From positions 682,001 through 746,000 of the forward strand of contig CM074814.1 of NCBI GenBank assembly GCA_037447605.1: a stretch of 64,000 bases of DNA, given 5' to 3'. Numbering within the stretch: position 1 is the stretch's first letter; every line of letters starts with the position of its first letter. Shown one piece after another: positions 52,978 through 64,000 of the stretch. The notes below the pieces were generated by a model that was given only the letters and a program-made list of their open reading frames with translations, was not told where the DNA came from and did not search any database. The stretch comes from Zygnema circumcarinatum SAG 698-1b (Eukaryota; Plantae; Zygnematophyceae). Made by a program: the position numbers and the translations under genes.

Positions 52978-54924
52978 ATGTTTGTGAGTTTAGGGCAGGC
53001 GGTGCAGCAGGCCTTTTTCGACAGCCTCGCCAAGGCAGGCTGCGTCAGTCTTGAAACCTTCGGGCCCGACTCCAGCGACGAGGAAGGAGGGGAGATGGAT
53101 GTGAATGGCAGCCATGGCGACAGCCACGTACCGCGTGGGCTTGTAGGTTTCGCAAACTTCAAGAGGAGCAACCCTATGTCAGATAAATTTGAAGTCCTCA
53201 ATTTCCACCATGTTGAGTTCTGGTGCTGCGACGCCACCAACGCTTCCCGGCGCTTTTCATGGGGCCTCGGCATGCCTTCGGTAGCGAAGTCTGACCATTC
53301 AACAGGGAATCACACATATGCAAGCTATGTTCTGCAGTCGCATGATCTGGTATTTGTCTTTTCAGCACCATACTCGAGTAAGATTGATCGGTCGTCCTCG
53401 CGGCTGCCTCTGCCAAACTTCGACTCTGAGACAGCTAGAAGCTTCGTTGGCAGCCATGGACTTGCTGTCAGAGCTGTCGGCATTACAGTGGTCGATGCCC
53501 ACAAAGCTTTCGAAGTGAGCGTAGAGAATGGAGCCAAGGGGGTCACGGAACCCATGCTGATAGTAGATGAGGTTACAGGAGGCAGTGCAGTGATATCTGA
53601 AGTGCAGTTGTATGGAGATGTGGTTCTGCGGTTCGTCTCTCTTAGCAACTACAAAGGCCCCTTTTTGCCGAACTATGACAGCGTGGTAAACTCTGCGGTG
53701 ATGTCTTACGGACTTATGAGGGTTGACCATGCAGTGGGGAATGTGCCCAACCTAATGGCAGCTGTAGAGTACATTTCGAAGTTTTCAGGGTTCCATGAGT
53801 TTGCAGAGTTCACTGCAGAAGATGTGGGAACGGTTGACAGCGGCTTGAACTCGATGGTCCTTGCAAGCAATAATGAAATGGTTTTGTTTCCAGTGAATGA
53901 ACCGACGTTTGGAACGCACAGAAAGAGTCAAATTCAGACGTATCTTGAGCACAATGAAGGTGCAGGTCTGCAACACCTCGCTCTTTCTTCCAGCGATATT
54001 TTTGCAACACTTCGGGAAATGCGGCTGAGGAGTGAGTTGGGTGGGTTTGAATTCATGCCTAGACCTACTGCAAAATATTATGCTGGACTCTCCGCAAAAG
54101 TGGGGAACGCCTTGACAGAACAGCAGCTGAAGGACTGTGAAGAATTAGGGATTCTTGTGGATAAGGACGACCAGGGTATCCTGTTGCAGATATTTACAAA
54201 GCCTGTTGGAGACAGGTGCGCTTTCTTCTCCTTGAACTCGATAACTGTAGTTTGGATTACCCCGTTTTTGTGAACAATAGCGGTCGTGCCTGACTTGAAT
54301 CACCATTCGTGTACTTCAGGAGTCTTTCGAAGTGGTTTTAATCTCCTTTCTTGAGGTTGATTGTGTATGTTATTCAAGAGATGTATGTTGTTTACATGAA
54401 CAGACAGGGAAGGTTACATGTCCAGGCTACATGCTACATGGAAAAATAGGTGGTGGTCAGTAGCTATATGAAAAATTCCTTATTGAATTTTTAAAGACCT
54501 TGACACGTTTAGACTAGGTGACACCTGCCAAACGGATGCAGTTGAATGTGCAGGCACACCAGAGTGGTAGTGCCGTCTCTGGTGGCCCTCAGAAAGCACC
54601 TGGCCATAGTCCTTTCACTCCAGCATAGTCATGCTTCAGAGTTTTATAAGCACTTCCTTGAAGGGTGACCATATAGAGAAACATATGCAGGGGTGTTGGT
54701 TTACCACTACTAGCTAATCCCTGTGTTTTTTCGTACGTGGCTTTTCATCATACAGGCCAACCATTTTCCTGGAGATTATTCAGCGGATTGGATGCATGCA
54801 TGTGGGAAATGACGGGAAGGAGTATCAAAAGGGCGGGTGCGGCGGCTTTGGGAAAGGAAACTTCTCCGAACTGTTCAAGTCAATCGAGGATTACGAGAGA
54901 ACTTTGGATGGAACAACATCATGA
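52978..54924 (+). CDS. HPPD: 4-hydroxyphenylpyruvate dioxygenase
   Basis: Exon 1 to 54215, exon 2 54756-54924. Motifs [62 protein letters not shown] and GGCGGFGKGNFSELFKSIEDYE. The start codon (52978 or ~53095) is uncertain. Confidence 0.97.
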
Positions 54925-56112
54925 GCATAGCGCAGGGATGCTGTCAGGAGGTTCAGCGAAGAGTGATCAAAGCAGGATTTGAGTAGTCCATGCTTGACAT
55001 ATGATGCGTTACACCATGATGGAGGGAGTGCCTGAAAAGCTTCTGAACTGAAAGGAGGTTCTGAAAGGTTCTGGTTCTTAGAGAAGCCACTCATTGAATG
55101 TAGATAGTCCCCCTGTCCTTGGCAGTGGGCAATTTCTTTCTTCTTTTGTACCTTGAGGAAAGGGCAGGCGTTGTTCCGTGACCTCCCTCCTTTGCCATTT
55201 TGTACATAGCCGTGAGTCCATGACAGGACCTTGGAAGGCTTCTGTCATTAGGAAGGGGCACATATAGTGCTTGAATGGTGTGGTTATTGTTTTTTCAAGC
55301 GGAGTTTATCCGAGAGCCATACCTTCATGGCTTTTGTACAAGTCTCACATGTCCACTCATTCTGTGTTGCTTTCTGTAAGAACGGCTATCTCCTCCTTTC
55401 TTGAAGATGCTCCGATTCTCAGTGATGTCTGCACCCCCGTCACATGCGATGAAGGTGGGGAGCAAATAAAAATAATAATAATAATAATTTATGGCCTTTC
55501 CATCGTGAGATCAATGGCACTCCCATCCTCCTGAGCACAAATTGGGATGGAAAGATGGCAAATGCAATAATCGATATCCTTCCGATATTGACCAATATAT
55601 CTCAATGTATTGGACTGCCACAATTCGAGCTACAGACTCCGACAGTAGGCAGAATCGATCACCGATATCATACGATATGCGATATGGACAATATGGTACA
55701 AAATAACGATAGTGTATCGGTAGGTGCAATAATATCGGTAGAGCTGGTTGCAGGCAGCTTCAAGGGCTTGGGATCTTGCAGCGTTTTAGGGCTTGCTGCG
55801 GCTCCCATTCATTGTTGCCTCCTTGCCTGTAGTGGCAAACTCTTTCTTATTTTATCGAATATTCCATGTGAAAGAAGCGGCGGGGTAAGTAAAGCCTATC
55901 TTTCTGTCCGGCAATTCTGCCACTTGCGATGCTGATTGTCATCTGAACATCCAATTATGCCAACTGTTTGAATCGTCAAGTCGAAACAGCTCGTGTCAAC
56001 TTGGAACTGGAATTTTCTCTTTTTAATTCTTACCCTGAATGGTGTAAACCTCAGTTTTCAGGAAGAAATTTGGTTATTTACTTGCTTGATGGATCACCTG
56101 AAGCTGCTGCAG

Positions 56113-56629
56113 ATGAGCAAGGTGGAGTGGTCTAACCGTCTGGTAGTAACCCTAAAGCGAGGGCTTCCTGGGAAGCGGGAAGATCAAAGAGCAGTGGTGC
56201 GCGCATTAGGGTTAAAGAAGCGAGAGAGTGTAGTGGAGAAAGGCAACAGTCCTACTATCCGAGGAATGATCAACAAGGTAAATGCCTCTGGTTCGTGTTT
56301 CTTCGACGTTTTGGGATAATTCTTGGAATGGCTCTGAACAAGTAATAATAATTGTAGTGTAATAAGTTGCTTTAGACGCGCAGTTAGTGCCAGAACAGAA
56401 GGGAACAAATTTTAGCTCTGTTGAATTTGCTCCCAGGATGTTTCTGAGCTCTTGAATACACATGTTTTATCTGCTAAATGACTGACATTCTCATCCTGTT
56501 TACTAGGTGAAGCGGTTGTTACAAGTGGAGACAAAGGAAATGTATGAAAGCCGTTTGGCACTAGAAGCTGAAAAAAGAGCTTTACGGCCGCCTTTGGTTG
56601 TCGTCCATACGCCTAAATCTAATCAATAG
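56113..56629 (+). CDS. RPL30: Mitochondrial ribosomal protein uL30m
   Basis: Exons 56113-56277 and 56507-56629: 'LVVTLKRGLPG...VRALGLKK...NSPTIRGMINK|VKRLLQVET'. An upstream exon is possible because the ATG follows a CAG. Confidence 0.88.
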
Positions 56630-57532
56630 TGATCAACAGCCATCATGAACCTCTTGGCGGCTCCAGTACAATATCTACCCCTCAGCGATTCCGACCTACC
56701 TGTGAGACAGCCAGGGCCATGGGCTGCTGCCGCCCAGGACCGCATTGGAAGCAACAGTTGGCAGTCCAGTCGTTGAGGCAGCATCCCTCAACCGTATGCT
56801 GTCGCCACCATCTCTCAATTTTTTTAATAAATTTAGCCAAATGTATGTTGATGCTGGATGATCACTAGTTTAGCCTGATTTCTGCCAAGCTCTTGGCAGA
56901 CTCAATTGGATGGAGCTAATGCAATCGCACATTTTAGCTTGTTCTCTGAGAAAAACAGGGGTGTGGAAGCATTGATTGAATGCATTGCTGTTTGAGAGTG
57001 TCCCGTTGATCCATACTTTTGTGTCCATTCTCAGTTTGAGGGTGTCGCGTTGATCCATACTTTTGTGTCCATTCTCAGAGTCCTTTCTTTTTTTTTTCAT
57101 GATTGTTAACCTATATCAGCTCAGAACGGTATTTGTCATAAAGGATGAAGAGCTCTTTCTTTAATTACAATTTCCCCTGAATTAGCTAAAGATTCTCGTT
57201 GTTGGTCTTCTGCTATCCACCCAACACCATTCACTGCACCCATCGATAAGCAAACATGAGGAGGGTGCTGGAAAAGCAGACATGCGTCCACAAGGAAACC
57301 AGCTTGTCTTCGCGATTTCTCACATCTTCTTTTTCAGAAATCCAGTCGCCCTCCAAAGTCTTCCGCACTCGAAATCTTTGTGCCAGATTTTCCAACTCGT
57401 TACGCTCTTAAAAAGCCTTCACCAGGGTCTAACTACATTCCACCTACCAGACGCTTTTACCAAACAAAACCCAGTTCCTCCTGAGTGTAGAGACAGACAT
57501 TGTCAAACATTTAGCGGCCTTTATGGGGCACC

Positions 57533-60103
57533 CTAAACTGCCGCCTCCGCCTTCGCCTGTTGCAGCCTTGCAGCAACAGCGTCCCACGAGATGAGGTGCT
57601 CCACAAAGGTGTCAATGTAAGCCGGCCTCCGGTTCTGAAGCACCGACCATGGCCATACATCCATGCCATGTCAAACTGTACCGCAAAACTCTACAGGCAT
57701 GCCCCGTGGGACGCAGGGGAAACTCTTGACTGCGAATTTGAAAGGAGAATGTGTCCTCAATTGTATGTGAATGTCCAGATGCAGTGTACCTACCTGGTAG
57801 TCAAGGTAGTAGGCGTGCTGCATCCATCACCGTCATCATCGTAATAAGGCATGGACCCACCATGCGAAAGATATTCAGCACATGCAGGAAAAGGAAGTGG
57901 CATTGATCTTGAAGGAGGAGGCACGTTGTTTCAAACAGCCTACAAAAAATATATCCAGACTTGTCAAAAAGGCAGCATTTATGAACACATGTGAATGAAA
58001 CGTCAGCAATTTGCTTGACTTCTGCGCTCTCGCTCCCCCCATGTCATGCACCAATTGAAACTGACTCGTTCGAGTTGGCTTTTGTGGGCACAATTCTCAA
58101 ATTTCACAGTTACCCATGGATATCTAAGCATCAGAATGGACTGCCACTTTCCTGGAAACAGCAGCGAGGCCCCCTTTTGGACAACACTCCTTGAATGATA
58201 AGCTTCAACTCACCTCCCAAACGTCCATGGTGAGGAGAGGCTGCATCAAATGCAGCAAAAAAACCAACGATGCAGCAAATCAGGTCAGCTCCTCCTTTCA
58301 CGTACAGCTAAGAGCAAAAAGGTAAAAAAAAGGAAAGGTATAGACGCTCTGAGAACTAAGCTGCCTCGCTCGTATTATCTCAGGCAGCAGCAAGACTTAA
58401 AATTTCACCAGTAACGATGGGAGTGATGGCATTCGGAGTCTTCACGACCTCCAGCTTCCCATTCTTCACTGGCCAAATAAATAGCCGAACAATACCACAA
58501 GACATCTCTTGGTCAGCCATCGTCAAACACCCAAGCCTTGGCCAATTGGCTAGAGAACAAACAGCTTCAAATTGCCAACTTCATCACTGCCCTGAAAGCA
58601 CAATATGGAAAGGGAACATACACACGAGCCAAGCCCAGCCGGAACCAAACTGTGTAGCACCCGCTTTCTTAAACTCGTCAATAAAGTCTTCATATGATCC
58701 AAAATCACGCTCTATAGCAGACAGTAGCTCTCCAGTGGGCTTCCCTCCACCTCCGGGCTTCATAGATTCCCAATAGAACTGATGGTTCCATGCCTGAGGG
58801 TAACAACAAGATCGTATTCAGTAAATCGCAAATCAGTATCAGTATCAGTATCAGTATCAGTATTCAGTAGATCGTATTCGTAAATAATGAAAATAGGCAG
58901 CCACATGATGCTTTTGACAAGCGATGAGTGCTGCCATGGAATTCTCTTCAAGATAGGGGATAGGGGAGGCGTGGATGTTAAAGAAGAGGAAAAAGAAGCA
59001 CGGAAGGGAGCAAAAACTGGAAAAACAGATACTAGTTAACGATACAACGGCAACAAAAAAAAAAAAAAAGAGACGGGGGGGGCGATGAAAATAACAGAAA
59101 GAAGAAAAAAGCAAAGACTTATAATTCAAGAAACCAAGCAGAAGCATACTAAAATCACCACAAAATGCTTCTTTAAACCAGGTTCCGCTAACCATTCAAC
59201 CTCACCTGGCCTGCGTTGTTGAAAGCGGAAGTCGGGCTACCATTGTTGTAAGTTAATCTCACAACGTCTCCAAGCTCCTGCTTCTCCAAGTCGGTGCCTT
59301 CCAACTGCTTGTTTAGATTTTCAACATAAGCACGATGGTGTTTTCCCCAGTGGTATTCCAATGTTGTTTTACTGATGTGAGGCTCCAAAGCATCCTGCAG
59401 CATCAGGCAAGGAAAATGCCGTTTGACGAAATCTTCTCGCAAGCAAAAAGCATATCGTAATGTATAGTTTAAACATCTATCCCATCAAACCTGGCGAGTG
59501 CAACAACCAATTTGCATAATTTAATGCTTCCTTGAAGGTAAGAGGATATGCAGACCCAAGACACACGTACACATTCAGATTTCCCCTGGTAATGAAGTAG
59601 CAAGCTGACACAAGAAGCATCTCTCATTTCTTTTAAAGTCTCTTCCCATCTCCCTCACCTCCCTCCTATGAGCTTACCAGCTCATAAGGGGGAGGCTTCA
59701 GGTCATACTTGGCAACCACCAGAAACTTTGAAGGAGCGACTGTCGTCACACGTGAGAAGCACTTCTGCAAATAAAAGCACATCATGTCAGCCTATACAGA
59801 ACATGGGAATGTGGCCATTACTACTTTAAATAGAAAACTTAAGACCGCCAACCAAAAAAAAAAAAAAATCCCACTGCATATTGGCATGCTCTACTTGTGC
59901 AGCTGGGAACGAGGCTGCAACGGAAAATCATCGAAGAAAAAAACGAAATCATCCGGACTAAGAACATGAACTGTTGGTAGCGATTTAAGAAATGATAAAT
60001 TCAAACACCAATACATTACTTCGCTTAAAGCAATCCTGGATGACACTCCTTTGAAGCAAGGGGCATTCATGGCTTGAAAGCCGGATATTGAAGGTGCCAT
60101 CAT
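57533..60103 (-). CDS. FSD: Iron superoxide dismutase (plastid-type)
   Basis: Exons encode '[12 protein letters not shown]|[24 protein letters not shown]...FNNAGQ|[11 protein letters not shown]...[11 protein letters not shown]|[17 protein letters not shown]|PLLTMDVWE|HAYYLDYQ|NRRPAYI...'. The ligands H, H, D, H and Fe-type signatures are present. The transit-peptide exons are uncertain. Confidence 0.93.
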
Positions 60104-61997
60104 CCTGAAAAATGGCGTATCAAAAAAACATGCTGAATTAGAACATCCTCAGCCTTCGATAAAATTCATTTTTCCAAGTGCTTCTCATGTCCCCTGCAAA
60201 TCTCGCATAATTAGCGTAGAAAACTAAAGCTCAAAGAATTGAAACTGGAACTTGGAATTGAAATGGTTTCTACTTATTCCTTCTCCATCACCCTCGGTAT
60301 GCAACTCTCTAATCGATATTCTATCTAAACTGTAAAGCGAGCACAGCCACAATCTCGCTCTCTTTCACCGGTGTGCAGTCAAACCGCGAATTCAAGATTA
60401 CACGTTATCGCAAGCAGCAAGACAGCATCAGTACATGTGTAAATGCATGCATGCAATCATGTACTCACCTTCCCCTCCGCCCTCTCTCCCAGTCCCAGCT
60501 CGCCTTGCAAGCTCTCGCCCTCTCCCTCTCCCTCTCCGTTCTCCCCTCGGTCTCCCCCACTCCTGCCACTCTCCTCCCCTGCAGGCCGCCCTTGCAGCCT
60601 GCGAGACAGTGACGAGACTCCCGCCGGCCTCTTGCCACGCGTCCGACTCCCATTGGCCGTCCGTCACGTGTTCAGCTCCCACTGGCCCGCATCATCCGTC
60701 GCTCGTGCGAGCCGCGCTCTGCGTACGGCGGTGCCCCGCAGTACTGTATGTGCGTGTGCCCGCGTACAAGTTCGGTCACGTCACGCCCTGTGAAATGGTG
60801 GGGAGGGGCGCCATGTTCATGTTCATGTTCATGTTCATGTGTCCAGCGTCATGCAAACGTTTGTATGGGTCAGGGCGGGCCTGGCGTTCGTTTTGTAAGC
60901 AGATAGTTTTGGGTAGGTTGAAAGATGTTGTTGGCCTCATGGAATGTCGCACTGCGTCATCAAAGAAGGAGTGTATCTTCTCTTTAGGTGCAATGTCCTT
61001 TTGCAATGTAAAATGCAATGAAAACATGTTTATTGGTGTCCTTATATTCTGTGTGAGGAATGAAGATTTCTTACGATTGTCAAGAATCTGCGTTTTGATC
61101 CAGCGATTGGCGGTAGATATTCAAAAGCCAAAATTTGAGTGACTTTGTTCAAGATGCAGTTGACACTAGGAGCTTTAGAGGTGCAACCATCGGCCGGATC
61201 TACCGCCATCGTGATCACCGGACGATGCCTCTTGCTTGTGCTGTTGTTTGCCTGTTGCCTGCTTAACATCCGGCGGCAAATGCTCCGATCGGCGGCCTTA
61301 TCTGCAAGAGCATCGGACGGATCAGACAGCTCCGGAACCAATCGAACGGTGAAGTCGGCCTCGAAGTGATCGGACGACACAAAACTGCTTCGGAAAAATC
61401 GAACGGCGAAGGGCAGCTCCCGAGCGTGTCCGTATCCACCAGCGAACGCATCGGACGGTCCACTCAGCTTTTGGATTGATCGGACGGCGCCCGTCGCTGC
61501 CTTCTCGCGCACGACAGGCCCCTCCCCTCAAACGAGGCACGAGAACGACGAGACTCTCCCTCCTTCCCCCTTGAAATGGCACATGGATAACCTTGCGGAC
61601 ATTAACTTCGTTGGCTTAACTTGGCTCGCACGCCATTCAGGTGCGGACCCCATGGTCTCCTCATCATCCTCATCATGGCGGAGGACATGACTGGATACAG
61701 CCTGCGAATGCCAATTGCACATTTACAATTTCTTCGAGCATCCTGCGAAACAAATAAAATGACAGAATTGTGCAACCAAACCAAACAAATAGCTGTCCAT
61801 GTACATTGGATGGCTTCGCCATCGTGAGATCAATGCCATTTCCGTTCTCAACCAAGCCAGGACTAAACGAGATGAAACAAAACTAAATGATTTGAGATTA
61901 TAGAAGCAAAACAAGACCAAAGAGGATAGCCCGTCCGCGCATGGAACTGTTGTGCACTACTTTACGGCAACGGTAGAGACATTCTGCCTCCCTTCCT

Positions 61998-62109
61998 GCC
62001 CTGTCACGCCCTGTCCTGTCACGCCCTGTCCTGTCACGCCCTGTCCCATCACGCCCTGTCCTGTCACGACCTTCCCTGTCACGCCCCGTCCTGTCACGCC
62101 CTGTCCTGT
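61998..62109. repeat. 15-bp tandem repeat (GCCCTGTCCTGTCAC), about 7 copies
   Basis: Gives the PCPVT/RDRTG repeat ORFs in the track. Confidence 0.9.
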
Positions 62110-63036
62110 TTCGCTCTGTCACCGCCTCCATGCCGAATCCTGTTTTTGTCGTTAAATAGGTCATAGCGGGGGTTTCTTTGCGAGTTCTCTATGTTACCGT
62201 CATGTGAAACTGGTTCACAGTTCGACGGTCACCAGTTTCCATGCGACGAATCTCCGAAATCCGTCCTTTCCGACCCGCCCAGGCGCTGAGCTCCTGGCGG
62301 CGGCGGCCGTTATTTCGGGCCGTTGCCCGGAGGCCGACACTTTTCCCTACGGCCCAAAAACTTTTCGTCGCAATCGCCAAACGTTTTGCGGCAGCCCGGT
62401 GGGCAGGGCAGCAGATTTTCCGCGCCAAAGAATCCGATCCGTCCTCTACTTCCCTGGCGCATGCACTTCATGTCTTTTTTTGTAGCAGCCCGTGGCGCTG
62501 GGCACCAGGACAAAAACTATTCGACTCTTTCGTCCGTTTCGTCCGTTCCGACAAAAAGAATTCGCTAAGAATCCGGAACCGTTTTGTCGGTCGCCACGTG
62601 GCGTCATCATAAGCTGCCATTTGGCCTCCCTGGGTCCACCTTGTCGCTTTCTTCACTTGCCACTTGGCATCCTTGGACGAACTCACCAAAATTAAGCCAA
62701 TGGTAGAATGACACGTCAAAAAACGACTGCCACGTCCGCTTGCATCCAAATTCTAGAGAGGGTCAAATTGTGCCAATGGGTGTCGGCGCGGCGGATGGCC
62801 AGCCAGATCATGACACGTGTTGGGGGCCCAAGTGGGCAGCGGCTGAAACTTTTCGCTGGCGCCAAAAGCGGGCGGTGGGCCCGTGGGAAGGCGCCAGAGA
62901 GGCGGGCGGAGGGTGCCGCGGGCAGCTGAGAAATTTTGTTTGCTTTTGTCGGACTTAGCTGCGTCGCCCGGCGGCGGAGGGAGGGAGGGAGGGAAGGGGG
63001 GAGAGAGAGAGGGGGGAAAGAGAGGAGGGGGAAGCG

Positions 63037-64000
63037 ATGGGGGCGGGCCATGGGGACGGGACGGTGTGGAGGCGAGCGGTGGTTTTTGCGCTTGTCGCGG
63101 TTTTGGAGTTTGTGCGGCGTAGCGAGGCGGAGGAGGCCGTGACGCATCGCTACGTGCTGCGGGTGAGGGGGAGGGGGAGGGGGGGAGGGAGAGGGGGAGG
63201 GAGAGGGGTAGGGGGGGAGGGAGAGGGTGAGAGGGGGAGGGNNNNNNNNNNTAGGGGGGGAGGGAGAGGGTGAGAGGGGGAGGGAGATGGGGAGGGAGAG
63301 GTGGAGGGGAGAGGGAGAGGTGGAGGGGGGGAGGGAGAGGTGGAGGGGGAGGGAGGAGGCGAGGGAGAGGGGGAGGGAGGGGAAGGGGAGATATGGGGTT
63401 TAGGGATGGGTATGGGAAGAAATTAGGTTTGGGAAAGGTGATGGAGGGACGGTGGGGGGGATGGGGAGGAGGAAGCAAGAAGAATGAGAGTAAAGTGGTG
63501 GGAGGGAGGGAGGGGGGAAGACAGAAAGGGAGTGAGCATGAGAGAGAGGAGAAAGGAAAAACCGTGAGTGGGAGATTGAGGAAAGAGATGGAGAGCTGGA
63601 TTTGGAAGAGAGGAAGGGAGAATCGGTTGTGAGAGAGAGAGACGGAGAGGAGAGGGCAGGAGGTGATTCACATAAGTGTGGGATATTGAGGGAAAGGTGG
63701 TGAGATGGGAGAGTGCAGAGAGCGAGCTTGCGTGTGAGAGAGAGATGGAGGGACGATATTCTAATTTTCCATTCCATGCAGCACCCAAAATTCTCGTTCT
63801 CACAGATTCATGCGGTTTCTCTGTGAAGAACCAACTAACAGTTTCAGTTTAACTGAGGCGATGCAGGCACATGTGCAGCCTGTGGACTCCATCTGTCTAA
63901 AGAACCAACAAGAGCAGTCTCCCATCGGGTTCGGAAATGCCGACATGTTTCTCGTTGGACAAAAGGATGCCATGAACGGTGAAATTTTAACCCTTTCCAG
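63037..64000 (+). CDS. Probable 5' part of a gene with a signal-peptide-like N-terminus, truncated by the window edge
   Basis: ATG 63037 gives 'MGAGHGDGTVWRRAVVFALVAVLEFVRRSEAEEAVTHRYVLR' followed by a GT donor. An open exon-like frame follows the CAG at ~63807 ('FMRFLCEEPTNSF...IGFGNADMFLVG...'). The phases do not join directly and an N gap lies between them. Confidence 0.35.
63242..63251. other. Assembly gap (10 N) within a G-rich tract
   Basis: N run in the sequence. Confidence 1.

Noticed and set aside
56998-57078. ~45-bp tandem duplication; also ~95-bp duplication at 35030-35215 and a short one at 28484-28536
   Set aside because: Simple local slippage in UTR or intron DNA, with no further structure.
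61042-61722. Protein-coding gene on the minus strand
   Set aside because: Interrupted by an in-frame TGA, no recognisable domain, and it overlaps a repeated DNA motif cluster.

Overview
Intron-rich eukaryotic genomic DNA from the green lineage (a streptophyte: non-seed plant or streptophyte alga, inferred from gene content and GT-AG structure), with many GA/CT microsatellites. Genes reconstructed by hand: a stand-alone MLKL-NTD/RPW8-like four-helix-bundle ORF (+, 1187-1813); a group-F zinc-sensor bZIP (-); a CSD3-type Cu/Zn-SOD (+); two intronless tandem paralogues fusing ~5 beta-propeller-like repeats to a ParB/Srx-like domain (-); SEP1 (-); a DnaJ-domain protein (+); TIC236/TamB (+, 20930-36223); a GC-rich secreted two-domain Pro-rich protein (-); PPDK (-, 20 exons); HPPD (+); mitochondrial uL30 (+); Fe-SOD (-); and a partial gene at the right edge. 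The most unusual structure lies between the convergent TIC236 and PPDK genes. About 830 bp of the PPDK 3' end (last splice acceptor, terminal exon, downstream DNA) is present as an inverted duplicate right behind TIC236, in a splice phase compatible with the last TIC236 intron. The two copies share a ~290-bp core that is identical by eye while their flanks have diverged. They bracket a pair of ~590-bp direct repeats, the GC-rich secreted-protein gene, and a long-TIR MITE with no target-site duplication. Other oddities: 42-bp palindromic tandem arrays, a dispersed ~200-bp repeat with a conserved hairpin stem, dense homotypic motif clusters (GTAC, AACGG/GACGG, CACGTG, CGATAT) in intergenic DNA, a perfect ZDRE, and a TT splice donor in Fe-SOD. 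All exon coordinates and identities were read by eye; no database searches were run.
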